From positions 6,418,741 to 6,482,740 of the forward strand of contig OZ037768.1 in the NCBI GenBank assembly GCA_964035545.1: a stretch of DNA of 64,000 bases, read 5' to 3'. Source of the stretch: Bugula neritina. Its lineage: Eukaryota > Animalia > Bryozoa. A program made the position numbers and the translations under genes. Under the pieces are notes generated by a model. That model did no database searches. It had not been told where the DNA came from and saw only the letters and a program-made list of their open reading frames with translations. Each line of letters opens with the position of its first letter. Position 1 is the stretch's first letter. Below are positions 40,006 through 52,600 of this stretch, in pieces.

Positions 40006-42858
40006 AACAACTGCTATATCTTCATCTAGTATATACTTTATATGCTGCAAACAAGAACGAACTTACAAATAGCATGACAACTTACAACTGGTTCATGTGG
40101 AAACTTAGTCTATGAGTTGAAACTGTACTAACAAGTCATGTTCCCATTTCTCAATTACAGATTGTAACAAGTACATTTCTTAAGAGCCAGCTTTGGTATG
40201 GTGAGAAACAGCATGGGGTAGCAATTGCTATTTTAAACTATGTTGCTTGCAGTGAATATTTTTACAGTGATTAATTTGCATAAAATATCAAGCAAAAGTT
40301 TATTCCTGCGTTTACAAGTTTCACACCAACTAAATGTGGAATAACAACATCAACATCCAACTAAATGTGGGCTTATAGTTTCAACTTATAACAACATAAT
40401 GTATAGTAGCATAATATACAAAATTATATAATATAAAATAGAATTATGATAATTTATAATAAGCATTGCACATTAATCAATAGTTAGGTTATATCAATTA
40501 CATCAATGCTAAATAAAAGCTGATAATAAAATAATTACTTTTTAATTGTATTCTAATTTTGCTATCCATGTTACTACGTTGTATTGACAAAATTAATGTA
40601 TACCTTACAATCTCTCTGTGTGATACCTCTTAGATATATGCGAAGCTCTACAAAAACATTGACTGGCAACAGAGTTCTAGACTCTGGAGTGTAACATGAT
40701 ATAAGAACCTTTGCATTTACTATCAAATATGCATAACATGTAACTATATTTCATATCAGCGTACACTTGAATGACTGCCATATTGTTTCTCTAATTATGG
40801 TTTACACTTCAAAGGTAATGAAATAAAAGAAAACTCTATTCAAGATTGAATGGAAATGTCAAATCAGATAAGCAACTTTGTAAGACACAATTACTGTGTA
40901 CCACGCTACACAAATATTGTATTTACGTGTTTTAAGTCCAATCTCTAGCGTGTTGAAGTATATTACATTATAGCAAAATACTAAATTAAAAAGCAACTAA
41001 GAATATAAGCAATTAAGTACACACTTTTGTTTAGGTTTATTGAGTTTACACTTTTTTAGTGGCTGGTAATTTAAGGTGTACTTTTATCCTTAAAATTAGT
41101 TTGAGTGGTTACCACAGAGTCTATTCACTAAGTATGTAATGGGGTTCTTCTTATACCCAGTATTTGAGATTGTAACACTCCATTATTGATGAAACAACTT
41201 TCGGAGGATTTTGCCGATAGTATTGCAATCACATGACCTTGCTACGTAGTATTGCTTTCTTTGGCTTTTTATTATTTTAATCAAAAACTTTATAGACAAT
41301 TCAAATACGTTGGCAACATTTTGAAACTTATAAGCCATAAATACTAACACTATGTGGAGACAACTCTATTTTTTTGTTTACAGTTACTACTACATAGTGT
41401 CTTGATAACAAAGCTCAACATTACAATAGGTCTAAAATTGGTCTAATGCACATTAAATATTGAAGCAGTTTATAAATCAATTTTGTAAGCCCGCAACAAA
41501 ATAGCAATAAAACATATAATATAATTATACTTATTCGTAAAGGCGCTTCTTACCAAGTGTCCTAGTAGGGAGAATGCCTTCGGTTCGTGGGGAATTTAAC
41601 ATATTATTCTAATAAAAGGTTTTAGTAACTCTGTACGTGAAAGCTTATAGAGTATATACTATTAGATTAACGTAATACTAAGCTTTAAAATGCCACAGTA
41701 TTTGTAGAGTCTATAGCTATAAGAATGATTTAACTGCCATCATTAATCTATTTCGTAGAGAAATGTAAAATTTTGCTTAGCTTTAGATACGACATTATAG
41801 GGTTGGATAGTTAGACAACTTCTTTTACTATAAATCTTTGCTAGAACTTGAGCTATTTGACAGAAAACTGTAATTTTGCACCTGCTTTAGGTGCTTTAAC
41901 AGACTTAACTGTTTTAACAGAATATGTTTAAGCCTAGCTGTAGCCTAGCGTATAAAGGCTTTGCCGATGGAGTGCATGTGACATTATAAGAAACACGCCA
42001 TTACTATTTTGAAAATAACTTGCCAACATGGATGGAGGGAAAAATTAATTAACAGAAACCCAGTGCATTTATTTGAAACAAGGAGTCTAAATGTTGGTTA
42101 GTCATTAAGAATGATGTCAACAGAGTAACACACTTAATGTTACAATAAAAATTTAAACCAAGGTGCTAATTGATGTATGGCAATACAGTATAAATAAATA
42201 TATGAATGCTATATAATCTAAATTTATCAAAAGCTTCCCATTTGCATGTAATGTAAATTATTTAAATATACTAGCGAAAAAATGTTAAACTAACAGCGAA
42301 GCATTAGACAGTCTGGAGACGGGAACAGATGCAAGCATGCCTTTAGGTGCAAAAACCCTTCAATATTGTATATTACTCCTTCACGAAAAAGGAAAAAGGT
42401 AAAAGCACAATTCTTTACATATAAAATATAACCGAATTTTATATAACCTACAATATAATGTATTTTATAGCTGTGTTGTGTCTATTTTAATACACTGAAG
42501 TTATCGTCTCATATGATTACAAAAACATCAGGCCATGCTAGTTGTAGCATATTATTATAGATTTAATGATTCAAATTTCGTACTTTGAGACTATTGCTGA
42601 GCTGTTTTAGATGTCACGTATAGATTTTCAGTTTATTTTGAGGTGGCCTATTCTAGCATTGACAGTAAAGCCGTTCAATCAACATGCAAATTTACCAATC
42701 CTCAATTATACTAAAAATCTAACTCTTGGAAATGTATGTATGTTATACTCCAGAAGCCATTCATGCGTGAGAATATAATGAGTAAGATTCTCACAGGCGG
42801 ACTACAGAGATAGTTATCCAGTTCTGAGGGCAGGAAAGTTAGAGATTAGAGATTAACA

Positions 42859-42866
42859 TATAAATA
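42859..42866 (+). promoter_or_regulatory. TATA box of the secreted-protein gene
   Basis: TATAAATA ~50 nt upstream of the ATG at 42917. Confidence 0.65.
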
Positions 42867-42916
42867 CTCAGTCCCTCTCTTGCAGTCATCACAGTTATAC
42901 AGCCAGAGCTCTGACA

Positions 42917-45900
42917 ATGACAAAAATTCCATTATACCTGCTGGTGTTGGCTTCTATATGCGAGATAGGTAAGATATACTTATCTTTGGTACCTGTCAAC
43001 AATTTCTCACACATGTATTTTGATTACTTGAATTATATGGTGTAGTGGACTACTAAACTATATGTGGTCTACTGATTTATCTACAGCTCTATCTGCCACA
43101 TGTAACCAATGTTTGCACCCACTCTGGTACCAGGCTGTCAGATCCAACTCAGATCTACAGCATATGTTTGGTGAAAGTGTATGTTCAACTAGGTAAGGTT
43201 AAATTTATATTGATAACTTTTATCTATCATGTTCAGTTTAACACATTAATAATCTCCAAAATATATTATCATTATTTAACACTAGTTGAAAAAAGCTATC
43301 AATAGCTTGAAATATTTTGCTTGTCTACCTATTTTTGTATATATTATACTATGTACCTTGAAGTTACCATGTTAATAAACTGTTAAGCCGGGGTTGGTGA
43401 TGCTTTTAGTTTTCTAGAAAGTGTGTTTGATTGTCTGGACAAATGTGATATAATGGCAGCAAGGGAGTCAGAAACTGCAAAGATAAGACAACTCACGCAA
43501 GTATCAGATATATTCTATGCCCTCTCTGTCAGCAACTGCCAGACGTCTTCTAAAAGAGATGTGATAAGTAAGAGAACACTACTCCTATTGATGATCCATA
43601 TTTACTTATCCACCTTAATACCCACTTTAATATCTACCTCTCTGATACTTACTTCTCTAGTACTTACTTTTCTAATACTTACTTTTTTGGTACTTGCCTC
43701 TCTGGTACTTACTTCTCTGGTATTTACCTATCCAGTATTTACCTTTTTGGTACTTACCTCTCTGATACTTACCCCTCTGGTACTTTATGTGAAACATCTA
43801 TTATGTAGAATTGTATATAAGATGCATAATGTGCAATACATAAAAGTAATTTACAAAACGTAGTATATAACGTATTTTATAGTTTTTTCGATTCCCAATA
43901 TTTGCTACAAAGTTTTTATGCTGTTTTCTAGATGCGTCTTGCAAGAGAGTTATGGAATGCGTAACAAGTACTGCAAATTATGAGCATGAAAACTCAACAG
44001 CTCATGCGCCATTCAGTACAGTGTTTAGCTACAGATGTAGGTGAGTTGATACAACAAAGTTAAAGCCATCAGTAGCTACTTCGTATCTCTTTATTTCTTG
44101 TAGCAGTAAGCAGTATATCTATGCTTTGCATCTAAACACTTTACAGCTTAGTATTTCTACTGCAGTGTGCGAAAGTTACTAACTCCAATACACACAAGTA
44201 AGTCATAATGATGTTATCACCATCATCAAACGGTTGAGCCATAACTTTGGTTGTCACCTGAGTTACTAATGAACTACAAGGCTTTGAACGATTCGTAATT
44301 TTTTGAGGTAGGTGCAATAATGGAGAAATGGAAAAAAGCCTGTGTTCTAGATTAAAAATGTAGCAAAAGAAGTTACGTTCTCACGCAAATTTCAACCAGC
44401 GCCCCAAACAGAAATCTAATAAAATTAAAGAACTTATAAGGCTATCTCAATTTCTCCGCTACTGCACCTAAGTGAACTTGTTAGCTTTATGCTTTATATG
44501 CTTTAGCTTTAGGAATATATACTATTATACAAAAAGGAATGTGGTAGCTTTTATACTATATTGCATTACATTATGATTATTAGGTATTTTATAATATATT
44601 TTATTATATTATCTTACATCGCAGTAATAATTACTATACAATTATGATTAATAAGCAAAATATATTATTTTATAAGGGAAGGAAATGAAAATTCATCAGC
44701 ACTCCTTAAAAATCAGACATCAGAGTGTTTGCAACAGAACAGTGCTGACTGCACAGATATAAGTATGAACAGGATACGCAGACTTGACTTGCTGACTTCT
44801 GTAGGCATAGAGGCAGCATGTGAAGAGCCTCGAAGGTGTGTGAAATATGGAGTCATCTTTGAAGTCAAACCAGGTTTGTTGTTCTCAACATACAATTTGA
44901 AATATTTCCAATATCTACATTAGCAATATTCTGCGTGTTCTGGGAATGGTTTGTATGTGTATAGTAAGGATTACAGTTATTGTTATACAAAGATTAAAGT
45001 TCGATAAGAGATTAGAAGGTTTACTAAGTTAATGGACAGTCTAATAGCATGGTATGCCACTAAGGGTAAGCAAACGCAATTCTAGATCCATTTAGCCATT
45101 CTGTAAGCTAACTGTAACAGGTGGTTCTGTAGTATTATTTTCTCTCAAAGCTGTAAAGGAAATATTTTCACTCAAATACTTAATATAATCATAATGTTAA
45201 TTTATTCTAACTTGTCGTTGAAATACAACATGGAATAACTATAGTTTATTTGCATAATGTATAGGATTTAAAATTCCATTAATATGTATAAATAAACCAC
45301 CAACACAATGGGAGGGTTGGCAAATGGTATTAGTCATAATTGTTACTTGCACTCTCTCTCTCTCTCTACTTTAGAACTAGAATCACTCGGAGCATGCGCA
45401 TAATGATTTAAACCTCCTTATCCTTTCTAAGAGTTTTAGTAAATACTATTCAAGTACCATCCTAAACAGTATTCTAAAAATTTGAATCTAAGTGGTAAAA
45501 AAAGCAAGGCTTAGATGAAAGACAATATAAAGTAGCCTTTTACTATTTGCAAGAAAAAGCTGATGTCTTTATTAAAAAGATTGCATCGTCAATTGTTTTG
45601 AGAAAGTTAAATTACCACAGTGTGTACATACTTACTGAAAAGTTTAGTGAATTAATAAGAATGTGACTGAATCTGTGATGTGACATTTAGAACTATCATA
45701 GCAATAGCTCAACTCATCTAGTTGGAAATTAGTAATAAATAACTGCCATCAAATAAATTGCTGTAATGGCAATAACTCATAAAATCTAAGGGCTACAAAT
45801 CTTATTGACTGCTGCATTGATACAAGTTAGAAGTGTGAAATCTTAAATTAATAATAATTATATTAAAAGTTTAACAATAGCATTACAAATCTCAATAATA

Positions 45901-48900
45901 GAAAGACATGTGACGGTATAACGAGGGAAGAGCTCCAACGTATTTATTATAGGAAAACTGTTAAAAAACTAAACTCTTTCCCCATTTTTATTGCATAGAC
46001 AGTTGATGACACCTTGACAGTCTGACAAGTGTGTTTTCTATTTTCTGAATTTTTTTCTATTATTAAAAAAGAGGAAATATGCAGTTCTGTTATTTATTTC
46101 GGATTTAGTTTCAATCCTGATCTACTCAGAGTGATATTAATGTAGTCATTGTATTGTCTGCGGGTTGCCTTAGCTAAGGACCACATGCTATTTTATTTTT
46201 GTGGACAGGTAGCAACTGCACTGAGCACTATCAAGAACCTGCGGCTTATGGTCCAAGTCTAAGTACTGCTATCGCCAGTAGAGATGGTGAAGGCTTTAAT
46301 GTTCAAACTTGTGGCTCTGATCACTTGGCTAATATAGACTGTCCATTTGATGAGTCAGAGAATAGCACTGAGCAGACAACTACCACAGAAAGGCCCACCA
46401 CTGTGAATATGTCACAATATAGCCTTAATTTTTTCATTATGTCAACTTGAGTTGTATACAATACTTTTCATACTATGTAACACATAAGTTGGCTCTTTGA
46501 GATTTGTCGAAATTCTTATGCACTAAAGCATTTGTGTGCAAACCTTAATAAGTACGAGTATATATGTATTTAAAATAGCATAGCTTAGGTTATAAATTAT
46601 TAATTCTGATCATGGAAAAGCAAAAATGGCTGATATACATAATATGTAATGTATGATATATTTTATACTATACAATGATATATTATACATTATATATTAT
46701 ATATAGTGTATTATATGCTATCTATTATATATTACAGTAAGTTGGTACATATTACGAATGCACTATGTGATCTTATATGAGCATTACTGGTTGTAGACTG
46801 GAGTGTTGGATGTGTCAAGGTTTCATGCCACCATTACTGTCAACACTAACACAACATGTGAGCAATGCCTATACCCTTTATGGTACCAGGCTGTTACTAA
46901 CAATGGGTCTCATCTTTGTGACAACAGGTAAGGCTTAGTTTCTTACAAGTTTGACCATGAATTCAGAATATTTGATAAGGTAATCTAACCAGTTAATGTA
47001 CTTCTTTCTAAGGATAAAGAAATAATCTCTGCCATATGAAATATTATTATCAATTAGCTTACATGAAATATAACCATTCTACTCCTATGCCTTACAGCAG
47101 CAAAGATCTTGAAAGTTGAAATTTTTTTATGTTGATGCATAATTTTGTCTTTATGCTGTGCAGTGGAGTTATCATGCTATGTTTCAGATTCCAAGAGCAA
47201 GTGTATGAATGTCTTGCTAACAGTCAATGTTGTGGCCAAAGCAGTGAATGCACCAATCGGCCTGAACAACTTTACACAGAAGTGTTAGTCAAATTAGCTG
47301 ATATTAGCAAAGCATTTGCAATGAACAACTGCAGTGGTAACACAAGTGCGTACTCATACATTATAGTCCGGTGCCAATGTTTATCACAGTATTATAAACA
47401 GTTTTCATAAACAGTCGTCCAAAAAAATAATAGATTTAAACCTAATACAACTATTTGAACAAGTCAATTTATTCAACACATTTATTTATCAACTTAAAAA
47501 AAATACAATTTTCAAACAGATGATGATGATTATTATTGGCTAAAGATTAAAATATGTACACTTTTTTGTTAACCTTTCTGAACACTTTTCAAAGAAATTA
47601 ATTGTAGTTTTAAAAGCTGTTTTGTATTCATAATTCGTTATGAAATGACTAATGCATAAATGAGGCAGCAACTCCCGATAGCAGTGCTAAATCATGGAAA
47701 TGTGCTTCACAATATGTAGCTTAGCTCTGTTGAATTTATCAGATTACAAAAGTTCTTGGCATACGACAAATTAAATAATACTAAAAAGTCAATTATGTAA
47801 ATGAGATGAAACAATAATATGCAAGAGCGATGTATATACCCTTTAAACCTTTGCAATATGCAAGATTACCAACTTGAGATAATCATTAGGTCAATGAAGA
47901 GGCTTGAACCTTAGATAGGCCTGAACTGTCTGACAGTATAGAGTGAGCTCCCTGCTTTGTGCCTCACCAGATCTGCCAATCTTGGAACACTCTCGTGTTT
48001 TTATATTTCAGAATGTTCGGCAGCTTCCCACAAGTGTACGGAGAACTTAGCTAAGTTTTATCCAGCATCAGCACCTCATGTTACTGTGAATTCGCTGGCT
48101 TGTGGGTATGTAGTAATACATATACATGCAGTAACACACATTATACATGTATTAATACGCATACAGTTAGCAATACACATACATGTAGTAACAGACATTC
48201 ATGTAGTAACACACGTACATGTACGTGTGTTATTACATACATATAGTTATACCTAGATGTAGGAAGTAATGTGTGATACACAAGGCTGTATGTAGCATAA
48301 TGAAATACCGACTAATTTAAATAGTTATAAAAGAAGCCATGCAGTATTTTATGCTAATAGCATAAAATATATAAACACAGGCAATAACTTAATAAGGCTA
48401 CAACAATACAAGACACCAATAAGGTTATGTTTGGTCTTTGCTACCCTTTGCTTTAGCTCCTGCAGCAATGTACTTGTCAACACAAACTGGTGACACCAAC
48501 TTAAGTAAAAACAAGAATGCAGAATCCTTCTGATATTATCAAAAGACTAATTAAAAACGCCCTTAAATATCACATATGCATAAGTGTAATGAATTTTTCC
48601 AGGGTACTAATCAATAAAAGAAGTATGCTCGGTTTCACAAAAAAAGTTGGGCGTCACACTTCAAGTACAACACACTTGACACCACTGGTTCGTTATAACT
48701 GCATATAATGTAACAATTCTACTAATTCTAACATGTTTTATTTTATTGTTTATAGAGAGCAGGAGCTGGCTGCGACGCTACAATGTTTTAGTTTATCATG
48801 CACGTCTGCAGAGGCTGCAGTCTTATCGTCTGCTGTTGTCGCCGGTTTTAACTCAATATGCAACTCTAAGTTGAGGTAGTATAGTATAGTTATAGTGTTA

Positions 48901-49470
48901 TAGTTATTCTTTCTACAGTGTTGAGTGTGTTGGTTTATCTTTGCAGCAACAGCTTGTTATATTGTATGTACCTCATACTAATATGCTCGTTATAAACATT
49001 TAAATGCAGTATAATTCTGCAACTATCAGCCATAACATATATTGTTGATTTAAATATCTAAAGATTGTTTTAACATCACAACTTAAAAACATTTTTATCT
49101 TTGTAATATTTTCATAATCGTTATTCTACACCTATATATAATATGGAGTGTCACATTTATTACACATGTCACATTAATCATCTGTGGTTTTCGCATGTGG
49201 TGACTCATAGAGTGTTATTCTTCTAACAGATGTATGACATATGGTAACATATATGAATATGTACCAGTATCTGAGGTGATTGCTGAGACAGCCAATGAAA
49301 ACGTAACACCTTGCACTCACTTTAAAAGAATGGGAGTAAATGGCTGGAAGGCCACAAGTGTTATACAGAAAGTTAAAGAAGGACTGCTCTTCAACACCAG
49401 GAGCTGTCAGCCAGATTGGCCAGCCGCAGTGGATTGCCCTGCGGTGATCAGATTTCCTAGTTTAGCTTAA
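42917..49470 (+). CDS. Uncharacterised secreted cysteine-rich protein (~502 aa, 11 exons, two homologous halves)
   Basis: Signal-peptide-like MTKIPLYLLVLASICEIALSA. Exons 42917-42968, 43087-43192, 43410-43567, 43932-44040, 44677-44835, 46213-46402, 46797-46927, 47188-47336, 48012-48105, 48756-48875, 49230-49470 sum to 1509 nt with consistent phases; AATAAA at ~49525. Confidence 0.82.
43603..43785. repeat. 15-bp intronic minisatellite (TACTTACYTCTCTGG-like)
   Basis: About 11-12 degenerate units; explains the LTSLV-repeat tail of ORF 43423-43863. Confidence 0.85.
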
Positions 49471-49684
49471 GCAACTGACGGAATACATCAACTCATGGCC
49501 CCATATTTAATTTCAAGTGTCTTTAATAAAATATATATTAAGAGACATTTTCAAATAATTATTTATTAATAACATTAATGTATATACACAGAACAATTAA
49601 TAAAATCTATAACAAGTTTTATTATCAATGTTACATGCTACAAACATCACTGGTATGAACAAATTAAGACAACACAGAAGAATT

Positions 49685-52600
49685 CTAACTTGTAGTAGAA
49701 ATGACTAGAGAGTCACCATTGAAATATTTACTAACAGCACTGCTTGCGTCAGAGTTTACGTCACTCCGTTCCTTGTATGAGGAGTTGGCCTGGAGAGAAT
49801 GTAATACAGTTTGGGGAGCTTTGCTCAGGTGTTCCTTGATAGAATGAAAAGAAAATGATTTGTTTACAATGTTTCTCTCCCTACCAGAACTAGTGGGTGT
49901 AGCATTGTCTGTACTGGTGGCGAGACCATTGCTAAACACTTCATCTGATGGCCTTCTTTTCTCTCGCCGACGACAGGAAGTAAAATGCTCTTTAAGATCA
50001 TCCTGGCAACAATAGAGTTTAGAACACCAGGGGCAACTTCTTATGCTCTCTGCAATAAAATAGAACAGGTAAATGTTGGCCATTAAATTATACAAATATA
50101 GGCAGGTTATAAAATATCATACATGCATACATAGTTGTGACAACAGTAGGTAATCAAATGTTGATCAAATCACTACAAGACAGCATAAAATAATTTTGTC
50201 CCCACTGGGATTCGAACCTGAGACCTCCGACTTGCAAGCAGGCGCGCTAAGCACTACACCACAGGAGCCACTGGGTAAACTCAATATTACACACATGCTT
50301 AAAATCATGCATTTAAATGTTTATGCTTACCTTGATGGTGCAAATTCAAATGGTTACTGTATTGGTTGAGAGAGGCAAACTCCACATCACATTTACTGCA
50401 GAACAGTTCTCCGTGATCTTCATTGTCACTGAGTGCTTCACTCTTGACTACTTTAGTCTTAGGCACAGACTTGTTGGTGTCGTAGTGTGCGGCAGACTGA
50501 GGTCGCTTCCTGCCTGCCAACTCGGTGGAGGCTGGGGAAGGTGAAGGTCGATACATACTGGTCAGCCCGCCGTGATGAGCAGATGAATGATTTACCAGTT
50601 CTGTTTCAAAGAAGAAGCTCTGCAGGCAATAAGCACACACATAACTTCTGTTAGTAATGCTGTGCTCTGAAGTGCAGTGATTCAGCAACGTCGCAGCGTC
50701 AGAAGTTGTGTACTCACATTTAGGACACGTCATACGATTACTAAACATAAAGTTATGAGCTACTAAGTGAGCTTGCAGCTTGCCTGAAGTTAGAAACAGT
50801 GCCGAACACAAATAACACTTGTGAGATTTATCATTCATATGAGATGTTAAAATATGAATTTTAATCTCATTTTCAGATTCACAGGATTTCGGACACTGTA
50901 TGCATTGATAAATCTTTCCACTGTTTCCAGATACATTTGGTGGAGATTTGTTATTAGCCGATTCAAATACTGAGTCATTCTTTGATTGGCTAATGCAGAG
51001 CTGACACAACGCTGCTTCCTTTCCACTCAGCTGACTAGGCATCATGTTTAACATCTCCCCACAACTAGAACATTTTACTCTACATACATGTCCGTCACTC
51101 TGCAGGTAAGACTCTGAGCACGCATGACACGTTTTTACTTTTTTGTCACATGACTTGCAGACGAGCTTACTACCTTTGAGTAAGAGCTGTGAGTGATTGA
51201 ACCTGCCTTGACACAAACTACAAATCTTTCCGTCTCCAAGTGCTATGCAGTTGTGTTTCTGATACTTCTCCTCCCGAGTAAATGTTAATTTGCACTTATC
51301 ACATTTCCAGAGGTCTTTGGTGATACTATCACAGGAGACGCATATATATGAGTCGAGTTTACAAACGAGTTCGGAGATTCTAAACGTCTTCTGGCAGTTG
51401 AAACACTGCTTCTGCATACATGCGTGGTTGTCTAGCTCGTCCATTGAAGCGAACTTGCTGTTGCACTCTGAACACCTGTGGACAGGCGACAAAGCACCAA
51501 GCTGAGAGCTAACACTCATTTTCTGATCTCTAGTCAGCCCTTTTGCAGCTGGTGAAAGAGCTGTGTGGAGTAAGCTAGGAGATCGAGGGGACTTGCAGTC
51601 AGGGGCGCCCGGGGGAGGGGGAAGGAGACGGTGGGGCAGAAGGATACTTGTGGACTGTTTTCTGGCTATCAAACACTCCTGGCACAGGAGAAACTGGGGG
51701 TTATCGGTGAGCTGAGCCGGCAAAGGTATGAAGTACGGACAGACTTTATTACAGGAGGCACACGACAGGGGTGACTTTTTCGGGAAATGGAACTCAGCGT
51801 GCAAATCTAATTCCACCTAATAAAAAACAAAAACAAAAAAATGTTCTTATTGGTACACAGAACTGAGCGATCAATGAAATTGTGCTTCCTAACTACACAA
51901 ACATTTTCATAAGTATCATTTGTTAACTATAATTAAAATTACTGAAAAAAGAAGCACAAATATATAGTTTTTATTCATTTCCAATTAGAATGCACCAATC
52001 ATATTATGGGTATCATTTTATTACAAAATACATAACGCTAAAAGATAAGATAACACACAATTTACAATCAGTAATTTCGCTAAAACATCATCACTATGAT
52101 ATCAAACATGCTAGATCAGTTAACAGTCAATCTATTGTTTAATTAGGAAGATAGATTATCACCTGAGATGTAACTCTATGCTTGCAAACACAGCATACGA
52201 CAGTGCTATCAGCTTCAACATGTAAGTGAGAATGTTTCAAGTATTCATCTATAGTGTTTATCTCCACTTGGCATAAAATGCATGGTTTGGTTGACGGAAC
52301 CTAAAATAGAACAATTGTAAATGCAACTCATTTTTTATTTTATAAATTACAAACAATACAGTAATGAAATGATCATGTATCACACTAAAACATGTATACA
52401 TCTTTACTAATGAATCTTATTCCAATGCAAATTTTAAGGATTCAAACTAACAACAGTTTACAAACTCTTAAAAAAATACTACTATATAATATTAATATAT
52501 AATACAATCGCAATAAAAAAACTACAGCTTCAAGTTTTAGAAGTTAATTAAATTAATAAAATTAAGAGTGCAATAAGAGTTGTCTTTCCATGGACTGTAC

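Noticed and set aside
50197-50269. Functional tRNA-Ala gene
   Set aside because: Several mismatches in the T, anticodon and acceptor stems.
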